This document shows, in pieces, positions 18,195 through 26,206 of a stretch of DNA of 64,000 nt (position 1 is its first letter; every line of letters starts with the position of its first letter). The stretch covers positions 6,847-70,846 of the forward strand of contig JBNAWC010000002.1 in the NCBI GenBank assembly GCA_049700035.1, read 5' to 3'. Under the pieces are notes generated by a model, which did not search any database, had not been told where the DNA came from, and was given only the letters and a program-made list of their open reading frames with translations. This DNA comes from Candidatus Bathyarchaeales archaeon (GTDB taxonomy: Archaea; Thermoproteota; Bathyarchaeia; Bathyarchaeales; Bathycorpusculaceae). Position numbers and translations under genes: made by a program.

Positions 18195-19610
18195 CTACAC
18201 AGCACCTCCAAACAAAACATTTTTTACGAGAATATGTGGTCCGCCAGTGCCAACAAAAGCTCTCTGATTCATTTTCCCACAGCCTCCAAATGGAGTAGCG
18301 GATACGAGTAGGTCATTGCAGACCGCATCAACGTTCTTGAGCAGTTCAAGAATATTCCCAGTTAGTGCTACATCCTTTAAGGGGTATTTAGGCTCGCCGT
18401 TTTCAACCCAATATCCTCTTACAGCCTTAAACAGGAAAGTCCCTGTATCTTCAACTTGTCCGCCTGCCGTGTCTATAGCGTATATTCCTTGCTTTAGTTC
18501 TTTTAGGGCTTCGTCGGGTTTCCAGTTTCCGACATCAAAGTATGTGTTCCTCATTCTCACTATTGGTTCAAAAGAGTAATCTTGGCTTCTCGCGTTTCCA
18601 GTAGGCTCTGTTTTCAGCGCTTTCGCCGTGACCCTGCTATGTAAATAACTTTTTAAAACTCCGTTCTTGAGAATTTCAACGCGCTTGCAAGGTACTCCTT
18701 CATCATCAAAAAATATCTTATAACCGCCACTTTCAGGCAAGCCCTCATCAATTATTGAAACGTGCTCCGTTCCAAGCGTCTGACCAATCCTACCAGTTAG
18801 AGGAGAACCACCAATGACTACAAAATCTGCCTCAGATAAGTGCCCAAAGGATTCATGTGCAAGTACCCCCGCAAGTTTTGGATCTATGAGAGCATCAAAT
18901 TTTCCTGCGGGTGCTGGTTTAGCTTTGAGTTTTTCTAACGCCCAGTTAGCAGCGTTTTCAGCCATTTTTTCTGGGGTATGCTCATCCTTCTCAAACTCGT
19001 CTAAGCCGACGCTTCCGCCATGAGCGTCCCTTGCGTCAGCGATGCTGGCGCCTCTTTTTGCAACGCAAGCTACCCTTAAACCAACCAGTAGAGGTTCATA
19101 AGAAACTTTAGTTCCTTCAGTGTTTGCGTAGTGTATTGTTCCATGGTATTCTCCGAACCCGCTTGTAACATTGGCTATGCTTTTGCTTCGCTCCATGGCA
19201 GTTTTGCACTGTCTTAAGCAAAGGTCCTTTTTATCATCTAGAGAAACGGCCTTTGGATGTTTATTCACGTTTGTTACTTTCTTCTCGCTGATTGAAGCTG
19301 CACTTGCAAGGTTAAATTTGAGCAACGTTTTTTTTGTTGACGCTTTGGCGATTTGTATGGCTGTGTCAACTGCTCGGAAAACATTTACTTCATCAAGAAC
19401 GTTTGAGAAGGAAAATCCGCTGCTTTTTCCGTAGAAAACCCTAATCCCTATTCCAATGTTGCGAATTTCTGAAACCGTCCTTATTTCGTTGTTTATGGCT
19501 TCGATGTTAAGCGTCTTTGTATCTTCTCCTTTTGCCTCAGCAAAATAAGCACCCATATTAGACGCGTATTGTAACGCTTTATCCATCAAATCTTCTATCT
19601 GTGAACTCAT
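18195..19610 (-). CDS. tldD: TldD family zinc metalloprotease
   Basis: Catalytic HESFGH motif (AHESFGHLSEAD) and a family-typical C-terminus. Confidence 0.85.
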   Translation of the reverse strand: MSSQIEDLMDKALQYASNMGAYFAEAKGEDTKTLNIEAINNEIRTVSEIRNIGIGIRVFYGKSSGFSFSNVLDEVNVFRAVDTAIQIAKASTKKTLLKFNLASAASISEKKVTNVNKHPKAVSLDDKKDLCLRQCKTAMERSKSIANVTSGFGEYHGTIHYANTEGTKVSYEPLLVGLRVACVAKRGASIADARDAHGGSVGLDEFEKDEHTPEKMAENAANWALEKLKAKPAPAGKFDALIDPKLAGVLAHESFGHLSEADFVVIGGSPLTGRIGQTLGTEHVSIIDEGLPESGGYKIFFDDEGVPCKRVEILKNGVLKSYLHSRVTAKALKTEPTGNARSQDYSFEPIVRMRNTYFDVGNWKPDEALKELKQGIYAIDTAGGQVEDTGTFLFKAVRGYWVENGEPKYPLKDVALTGNILELLKNVDAVCNDLLVSATPFGGCGKMNQRAFVGTGGPHILVKNVLFGGAV

Positions 19611-19671
19611 CAGCGACCATCCTAGAGCGCCTAAAAATTATTCCTACACAAATTTAAATCTTAAGAAGAAG

Positions 19672-21627
19672 TTATTCGCTTTCTGGGATTATCTTTTCTT
19701 CCTTTTCAAGGAAACCTGTCAAGAATATGGCGTATTCGCATGGGTGCTCGTTTTGTAGCAGGGATTTTATTATTTTTATTTTCCCCTTTTTGCCGTGGCT
19801 AACCCTAGAAATAATGTATTCAAGTGTTTTTTTCCGAAGACCGCAGAGCCACGTTTTCTGGTTGGTTTTGACCAGTTTGTAGTAGGGACAACTTTTGTAT
19901 TTTAGGGTGAAGCCTCCTTCAAAATATTCTATTTCAACTTCTACTCCTATTTCGCGATACATGTCAATAAGCCTTGCACCAACATCTTTGATTGTCCACG
20001 GGTAATCTTCTGGGAAAAGTGCATCTAACTGCTCTTTTTCAATGGCGAAAGCTTCCTCGATGGAGTTGCAAGACATGCCTTCAATGAGTGTTTGCATTAG
20101 CTTTTTCCGTGGCAATGGCTCCAGAACTGGTTTTTCCAAAAGTTTCAGTTTAAAGCTTAGCAGGTTCTGGAATGTTGTTGTTGAAACTTCATAACCTAAC
20201 TCCTTAAACATCGATTCTATTAAAATGCGTTGGCTGTTCATTACAAGAGGGTCTATCCGTTTAAAAATGATTGTGAAATGTTCATCACCAACAAACCTCA
20301 CTTCAGCGTCGGGCTGCGTTACGCTAATGCTTTTAATAATGAAGTTTTTAGAAAGACTACCGATTTTTTCTGGGTCGCTTCTAGCAAGCATGCGGATGGC
20401 GTTTGAGATGCGGACTCCTGTTGCGCGGTATATTTCCTCAAATTTTTGTCTATCACTCTCGTATACTTTTGCTGCAAAGGAGTTGAAGAGGTCGCGTGGA
20501 ACTGGGACAACATCTAAGAATTGCTTTCCTATTATTTGGAAGAGGTTTAGTTCTGCCAGCTGGTCTAGAATGCTTTGGTCTTCTGCGCCTACGTACTGTA
20601 TTGTCATATTTACATTTGCATGCTCGATTGAGTAGTGTAAAAGTTTCCATCCGCGTGTTGCCAAAACTATTGAAAGCACTGTTAAGGATAGACGGGCTGT
20701 CGATACGGCTGTGGCTTGAAAAACTAGCTCTAACGTGTTCTCTTTCTCTGTTAGAACTTTAACTTGCCTAAACCAGTTCATCTTGACAAAAGCAGAAATG
20801 ATGGTCTTCACGAAATCTTTGGGCTCTCTCGGAAACTCGCTAATGCCGAGAACTGTTCTTGCATCTTCTATGAAGTTGCCCAATTCTGTTACTGGTTCTT
20901 CCAGATGCTTTTCAGCCCAACCCATGAATGCTGGTCCAACAAGCATCAACGTGTTTTTGAACAACCCAGGAGTCACGTTTGCAAGTTCTTTTTCAATTTG
21001 CTGTTCCAGAAATTCGCCGAATTCCTTTCTTCTTAATGGGTAAATTTCGGGGCGAATCATTTTTATGGCTATGTCCTCGCCCATGATTCGTAGGTCGAAA
21101 TTCACGCTTATGCCTTCTAATATTGTGGCAACTTGAAAGGCAACCATTACGGGTAAACGTTTGAAGACTCTTGGTCTTAGTACGGCTATGCTGTCTATTT
21201 CGCTGTATGAGGGAATGTCAAAAAGGTTTGTAAGTCCTTTTATCTCTTCTAAAATCAGTAGGAATTCTTTGAAGTTTGATGGAGCTTTCCATGCGACAGA
21301 GCTTTTTAATATTTCGATTATGTTCTTTGCCTCTGCCTTTTGCTCCTTTATTAAGTCTTCAACTGTTTTGTTTCCTAGGGCGACTTCTAATAGGCTGTCA
21401 AGGCTTTTCCTACTAATCGATGTTAGGTCAAGCGCCTCTCTCAGTTTAGTTTGCTCATTAATTTTTGCTTTGATTGCACAATCGTCGCAAGAGCCAACCT
21501 TGTCCACCCTAAACAGAGTCTCTACAGCTTTTTCGAGGACACGGCTTTTCGTGCCATAGGTTTTTGCTAGTTCTTCAAGAATCTCGTCTGTTTTTCTGGT
21601 TATTGTTGTGTGAAGATGTACCGACAT
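19672..21627 (-). CDS. large uncharacterised protein: N-terminal ribbon-helix-helix (CopG/Arc-like) domain, repeated alpha/beta modules, and a C-terminal Cys-containing V4R/'methanogen output domain'-like module
   Basis: N-terminus VHLHTTITRKTDEILEELAKTYGTKSRVLEKAVETLF fits the RHH strand-helix-helix pattern. C-terminus KSCPYYKL...TWLCGL...HPCEYAIF. No enzyme motifs seen. Confidence 0.5.
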   Translation of the reverse strand: MSVHLHTTITRKTDEILEELAKTYGTKSRVLEKAVETLFRVDKVGSCDDCAIKAKINEQTKLREALDLTSISRKSLDSLLEVALGNKTVEDLIKEQKAEAKNIIEILKSSVAWKAPSNFKEFLLILEEIKGLTNLFDIPSYSEIDSIAVLRPRVFKRLPVMVAFQVATILEGISVNFDLRIMGEDIAIKMIRPEIYPLRRKEFGEFLEQQIEKELANVTPGLFKNTLMLVGPAFMGWAEKHLEEPVTELGNFIEDARTVLGISEFPREPKDFVKTIISAFVKMNWFRQVKVLTEKENTLELVFQATAVSTARLSLTVLSIVLATRGWKLLHYSIEHANVNMTIQYVGAEDQSILDQLAELNLFQIIGKQFLDVVPVPRDLFNSFAAKVYESDRQKFEEIYRATGVRISNAIRMLARSDPEKIGSLSKNFIIKSISVTQPDAEVRFVGDEHFTIIFKRIDPLVMNSQRILIESMFKELGYEVSTTTFQNLLSFKLKLLEKPVLEPLPRKKLMQTLIEGMSCNSIEEAFAIEKEQLDALFPEDYPWTIKDVGARLIDMYREIGVEVEIEYFEGGFTLKYKSCPYYKLVKTNQKTWLCGLRKKTLEYIISRVSHGKKGKIKIIKSLLQNEHPCEYAIFLTGFLEKEEKIIPESE

Positions 21628-21667
21628 TATGATTCACGGGTTATCTTTTGGATTGGTTACTTTTAAA

Positions 21668-21697
21668 CATGTTCATAAAAATTTGTGGAATGTACAT
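21668..21697. promoter_or_regulatory. ATGTWCAT box pair upstream of the RHH-protein gene
   Basis: ATGTTCAT at 21669-21676 and palindromic ATGTACAT at 21690-21697, 21 bp apart. They abut a TTTAAAAG TATA-like element (21660-21667, minus sense) 33-40 nt upstream of ATG 21627. Confidence 0.5.
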
Positions 21698-21711
21698 AGA
21701 AAAGGGGGATG

Positions 21712-23490
21712 TTAACTTGGCGTTAATGGTGGCACGATGGGGCTGAATGTTGTGCCCTTTCTGGCTACGAGTGCATCTGCTACTCTTTTAACGGCTAACA
21801 TGTAGGCTGCTGTGCGCATGTTCACATTGTACTGTTTTGACATTTTAAGCACATCTTGGAAAGCCTTGGTTATTGTTTCCTTCAGTTTATTTCTAACTTC
21901 TTCTTCAGTCCAGTAATAGTTCATTTGGTTCTGCACTTGCTCAAAGTAGCTGACGATTACTCCGCCAGAGTTGGCGAGAATGTCTGGAATTACAAAAACG
22001 CCTTTTTTGAACAGAATTTCATCCGCCTCTGGAGTTGTAGGTCCATTAGCACCTTCTGCAACGATTTTTGCTTTTATGTTTGGCGCGTTTTCCTTTGTTA
22101 TTTGGTTTTCTAATGCTGCTGGAACTAGGATGTCGCATTCTAATTCTAACAATTGTTCATTTGTTATGAAAGTGCTGCTAGGATAGTCAACAACTGAACC
22201 AGTTTTCTCCTTGTGCATCAAGACTTTTTCTGGGTCTAAGCCTTCTGGGTTGTAAGCGCCTCCTTTTGAGTCTGAAACTGCAATGATTTTGCATCCGATT
22301 TCATGGAGTAGACGTGCTGCATGGTAGCCGACGTTTCCGTAGCCTTGCACTGCGACAGTTGCGCCTTTGAGGTCTATCCCAAGATGTTTAGCGGCTTCGA
22401 CAACGGTGTACATAAGCCCCCTTGATGTGGCTTCGCTTCTCCCACGAGAGCCACCCACATGAACAGGTTTTCCAGTAACCACGCCAAAAACGGGATAGCC
22501 GACTATTTCGCTGTATTCGTCCATTATCCAAGCCATCATTTCAGCGGTTGTGTAAACGTCTGGCGCTGGCACATCTGTGAAAGGTCCTATGAACTTTGCT
22601 ATGGCACGTACATATCCCCTTGTGAGACGCTCAAGTTCTGCCCTTGACATTTCCTTGGGATTGCACCTAATTCCACCCTTGCCCCCGCCGAGAGGCAAAC
22701 CTGTCACGGCTGTTTTCCATGTCATCCAAGCAGCTAAGGCAGTAACTTCGTCCAAGGTGAGGTCTGGATGGTATCTTATGCCGCCCTTTGTTGGACCTAA
22801 AGCGTCATTGTATTGAACGCGGTATCCAGTGAAAACTTGGATGCTGCCATCATCCATGACTACTGGAATGTTGACGATAAGTGTGCGCATTGGGCGCTTC
22901 AATATTTCATGTATGCCTGGGTCGAGATTCAGTTTTTCGGCGGCTACGTCTAGCTGTTTAAGGGCGGCTTCATAAGGGTTTGGCGTGACCGCTAGAGGGG
23001 CTAAAGTGTCAACTTTGACAAACACGGCTGTTTGGAGTTTCTCAACTAAGTTCTTGAGGGTTTCCTTTGCTACTTCACCGTTGCCTTCACTGCTTCCATA
23101 AAACCACAAGTAAGTTTCAGTCAAAGCGTCTTCCTTCCTAGAGAGGAACGCCCCAGCCGGAGCCATTTTTGGACTTTCAGAGAAATAGTCAACGAGAACT
23201 CGCAGCATGTTAAGTTCTTCGCGTGTCAGAGGCAAAAGTTTCTTTATCAGTTCTGGCGCTTTCACGTGAACGTATTCAGCGTCCAACAATTTCTTCTGTA
23301 GCTCTTCAAAGACTTTTAAGGAATCCTCTATCGGTATGCCAAAGTTTTCTGAGTACGTTGTAAGCAAGGCATAGTGAGCCGTTGTGTAGCTTTCTATTTT
23401 TGCTGTCAACTCTGGTTTTTCAGCAAAGAAGTCCACCATTAACTTAAGCATTCCCAATTCACGAGCTGAAAGGTCTACCGAGTTTAACAT
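21712..23490 (-). CDS. glutamate dehydrogenase with ~170-aa internally duplicated N-terminal extension
   Basis: GDH core from NPYEAALKQLDVAAEKLNLDPG: GPTKGGIRYHP, catalytic-Lys loop PLGGGKGG, and Rossmann VAVQGYGNVG. ATG 23490 with GGAAGGTG upstream is preferred over TTG 23514. Confidence 0.85.
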   Translation of the reverse strand: MLNSVDLSARELGMLKLMVDFFAEKPELTAKIESYTTAHYALLTTYSENFGIPIEDSLKVFEELQKKLLDAEYVHVKAPELIKKLLPLTREELNMLRVLVDYFSESPKMAPAGAFLSRKEDALTETYLWFYGSSEGNGEVAKETLKNLVEKLQTAVFVKVDTLAPLAVTPNPYEAALKQLDVAAEKLNLDPGIHEILKRPMRTLIVNIPVVMDDGSIQVFTGYRVQYNDALGPTKGGIRYHPDLTLDEVTALAAWMTWKTAVTGLPLGGGKGGIRCNPKEMSRAELERLTRGYVRAIAKFIGPFTDVPAPDVYTTAEMMAWIMDEYSEIVGYPVFGVVTGKPVHVGGSRGRSEATSRGLMYTVVEAAKHLGIDLKGATVAVQGYGNVGYHAARLLHEIGCKIIAVSDSKGGAYNPEGLDPEKVLMHKEKTGSVVDYPSSTFITNEQLLELECDILVPAALENQITKENAPNIKAKIVAEGANGPTTPEADEILFKKGVFVIPDILANSGGVIVSYFEQVQNQMNYYWTEEEVRNKLKETITKAFQDVLKMSKQYNVNMRTAAYMLAVKRVADALVARKGTTFSPIVPPLTPS

Positions 23491-23522
23491 CTTTTCACAC
23501 CTTCCGAAAACCAACGAAAGTG

Positions 23523-23570
23523 ATGTTCAACTATAGAAACGTTATGTCCATCATGTACACGCATGTACAA
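23523..23570. promoter_or_regulatory. array of four ATGTNCAN boxes in the divergent GDH / KaiC-like promoter
   Basis: ATGTTCAA 23523, ATGTCCAT 23544, ATGTACAC 23553, and ATGTACAA 23563, with start-to-start spacing of 21, 9 and 10 bp. Confidence 0.5.
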
Positions 23571-23607
23571 GACAATAAAACAACCAAATTGCAACATAAC
23601 ATTTTTA

Positions 23608-24387
23608 ATGATGCCCACCACTCTTAAACATGGTGCACAATCCTTGATTAGCGAAAACCAAGCACGATACTCAACTGGAATAAAAAGCCTAGACGGACTC
23701 CTCGAAGGCGGATTACTCCTAGGAGAGAACGTCTTATGGGAAGTTGATTCTGGAACTTTCGCAAGAGAATTCATGTATTCGTTCATGCGCCAAGGACTAT
23801 TGGAAGGAAAACAGGTAATTTATTTAGATTTCATATATCCCCCACAAGCACTTATGCTCCAACTTGAACCGTTGACCAAATTGCTGCCAAGCGGATGGGA
23901 AAAGAAACTATTAGTTTTAGACTGCTTTTCAGAAGCAGCTGGACAAGGTGAACTTATATTTAATGATTTTTATGACAAGGCACCGTCTTGGATTAGGAAA
24001 GTTCCAAGCTCAAAAGATCCAGAACGCTTTCACCATTTCTTCGGAAGAATTGAAAGAGAATTTGTAACTCCAGGAACTAGGCTTGTTTTTAACAGTTTGT
24101 CAATTATGGAGCACAATTGGGGAAGGGATGTCGTAAAAGCGTTTTTTGGACATGTGTGTCCAGCGTTATATGCTTATCAAACTCTTGCTTATTGGACAAT
24201 GGCGAAAAATGCGCATCCAAAAGAGTTCTGCGCAATAATTGAGCATATAACACAGGTGGTTATTGACCTTTCAAGGCAAGGCGATAAAAACTTTCTACAG
24301 GTAAAGAAGGCTGGTGGAAGATACAACCCGCAAACATACCAGCGACGCGAGTACACTGTTAAGGGCTTGCAAATAGATATCCTTTAA
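23608..24387 (+). CDS. KaiC/RecA-superfamily-like protein with degenerate Walker A (predicted pseudo-ATPase)
   Basis: YSTGIKSLDGLLEGGLLLGENVLWEVDSGTFAREF aligns to the KaiC-like 'StGIpgLDelLgGGlp.G...li.G.pGtGKT.f' pattern, but GK[TS] is replaced by FAR. Walker-B-like LLVLDCFSE is retained. Start could be 23608, 23611 or 23563. Confidence 0.6.
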   Translation: MMPTTLKHGAQSLISENQARYSTGIKSLDGLLEGGLLLGENVLWEVDSGTFAREFMYSFMRQGLLEGKQVIYLDFIYPPQALMLQLEPLTKLLPSGWEKKLLVLDCFSEAAGQGELIFNDFYDKAPSWIRKVPSSKDPERFHHFFGRIEREFVTPGTRLVFNSLSIMEHNWGRDVVKAFFGHVCPALYAYQTLAYWTMAKNAHPKEFCAIIEHITQVVIDLSRQGDKNFLQVKKAGGRYNPQTYQRREYTVKGLQIDIL

Positions 24388-24410
24388 TGATTAGGAGCTA
24401 CTGCGTTCTT

Positions 24411-24428
24411 ATGTACATTCATGTTCAT
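24411..24428. promoter_or_regulatory. ATGTWCAT box pair upstream of the GltS-FMN-like gene
   Basis: ATGTACAT at 24411-24418 and ATGTTCAT at 24421-24428, 10 bp apart. They lie 23 bp upstream of TATA-like GTTTAAATG (24451-24459). Confidence 0.5.
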
Positions 24429-24506
24429 TTTTCGCGATTTTTAGGATAATGTTTAAATGTTGACGAAAATTAACCCCTTCATACCGAAATTTACAAACGT
24501 AAAAAG

Positions 24507-26123
24507 GTGAAAAAGATGACTGAGCGCGTATTCAGAAACAGTTCTTACCTGAACGGAAAATCAACAACTGGAACAACCACACGCGTCAAAGACACAAGCC
24601 CAACAAGTGGAATGTGTCCAATATGCATTCGCGATTGCCCAATAATGTGCGAGATTGGACTTTCAGCTTTCAGGGGAAGAGAAGCCCTATACCCAGAACC
24701 AGTACAATTCGGATACAGCACGGCTGGAGCACTCAAAGACTTTGGACTAGACTGGTCACACTTCAACATACAAGCTGGACTTTTTGAAGCTTTAGGTATA
24801 GAGGAAAACTCTGACGTTGCACTGTTTCCAAACGCAAGCACAGAAACAGTTGTTGCGGGCATACCACTAAAAATACCAGTGTTATGTGGCGCTTTCGGCT
24901 CAACAGACGTTGCAAGACTAAACTGGGAAGGATTAGCCATAGGAACAGCATTATCAGGCGCCATCATAATAGTTGGAGAAAACGTCTGCGGCATGGACCC
25001 CGAAGCACAATTCACAAATGGTAAAGTCACGTACTCCAAAGAACTGAAACGTAGAGTAGACTTGTTCAGAAAGTTCTGGGATGGAAAATACGGAGACATA
25101 GCAGTCCAAACAAACGTTGAAGACCAACGTTTAGGAGTTGATGTCTACGCCATCTCAAAACTGGAAGTCAATGTCATAGAAAGAAAATGGGGACAAGGAG
25201 CGAAGGCAATTGGAGGCGAAGTCCGAGTAAGAGACTTGCAAAGGGCGATAATGCTAAAGAAAAGAGGATACGTCGTGATTCCAGACCCAGAGGACCCAAC
25301 TGTGCAGCAAGCATTCAAGGAAGGCGTCTTCAAGTCGTTTGAAAGACATAGCCGCGTTGGAATACCGAAAGAAAAGAACATGATAGAAGACATAGAATGG
25401 TTGCGCGAGCAAGGTGCAAAACATGTGACGCTAAAAACTGGCGCCTACAGACCATCAGCAGTGGCATACACGTTAAAAATAGCTTCAGAAGCAAAAATTG
25501 ACGCAGTATACTTTGACGGGGCTGGTGGCGGAACTGGAATGAGCCCAGTTCCAATGATGGACGAGATGAGCATACCAACAGTGTATTTGGAAGCAATAGT
25601 TCTAAGGTGCGCGCAATTGCTGAAGAAGAAGGGTAAATACGTTCCAGACTTGATTATGGCTGGAGGCTTCATAAATGAAACACAGATTTTCAAGGCAATC
25701 GCAATGAGCAACTTCGGAGATGGCCCATTTGTGAAGGCAGTTTTGATGGGACGCTCCCCGCTGACCGCTGTAATGAAGGCAAGCTACTTCAAACAGTTAG
25801 CAGAAGAAGGCAAACTGCCAAAAGCTTTCGCAGATAGATTTGGTAACACTCCAGACAAATTCTTCATTGCAGCACCAGAACTAAGGGAGAAGTATGGTGA
25901 GCGCTTCAAAGAAATTCCATGGGAAGCGGTTGCACTTTACACTTACCTAACAGACCGAATAGGAGTCGGCTTAAAACAACTCCTAGCTGGAAACAGAAAG
26001 TGGAAACTGGAGCTAATAAACAGAAATGACCTAATGAGCCTATCAGAAATAGCTGCAAAAGTAACAGGCATACCATTGCCACACGAAGTTGAGGCAGACG
26101 CCATCGAAAGAATATTAAACTAA
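24507..26123 (+). CDS. FMN-binding glutamate synthase family protein (GltB domain-2-like), divergent, with N-terminal Cys cluster
   Basis: WGQGAKAIGGEV and FDGAGGGTGMSP match the GltS FMN-domain QGAKPGEGG / GGTGA(S)P motifs. N-terminal CPICIRDCPIMCE. GTG 24507 or ATG 24516. Confidence 0.7.
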   Translation: MKKMTERVFRNSSYLNGKSTTGTTTRVKDTSPTSGMCPICIRDCPIMCEIGLSAFRGREALYPEPVQFGYSTAGALKDFGLDWSHFNIQAGLFEALGIEENSDVALFPNASTETVVAGIPLKIPVLCGAFGSTDVARLNWEGLAIGTALSGAIIIVGENVCGMDPEAQFTNGKVTYSKELKRRVDLFRKFWDGKYGDIAVQTNVEDQRLGVDVYAISKLEVNVIERKWGQGAKAIGGEVRVRDLQRAIMLKKRGYVVIPDPEDPTVQQAFKEGVFKSFERHSRVGIPKEKNMIEDIEWLREQGAKHVTLKTGAYRPSAVAYTLKIASEAKIDAVYFDGAGGGTGMSPVPMMDEMSIPTVYLEAIVLRCAQLLKKKGKYVPDLIMAGGFINETQIFKAIAMSNFGDGPFVKAVLMGRSPLTAVMKASYFKQLAEEGKLPKAFADRFGNTPDKFFIAAPELREKYGERFKEIPWEAVALYTYLTDRIGVGLKQLLAGNRKWKLELINRNDLMSLSEIAAKVTGIPLPHEVEADAIERILN

Positions 26124-26206
26124 CCTACCCCCCTCTTCTTTTTTAAACTTCACGCATAACAAGTTTTAAAACTATTAAAAAAGAAACATTGTAAGGAGTT
26201 GAGAAC

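Noticed and set aside
23563-23607. Upstream ATG (23563) as the start of the KaiC-like gene
   Set aside because: This ATG is itself part of the fourth ATGTACAA box, and it precedes the AATAAAA TATA-like element. ATG 23608/23611 gives a leaderless-type spacing. It is kept only as an alternative.
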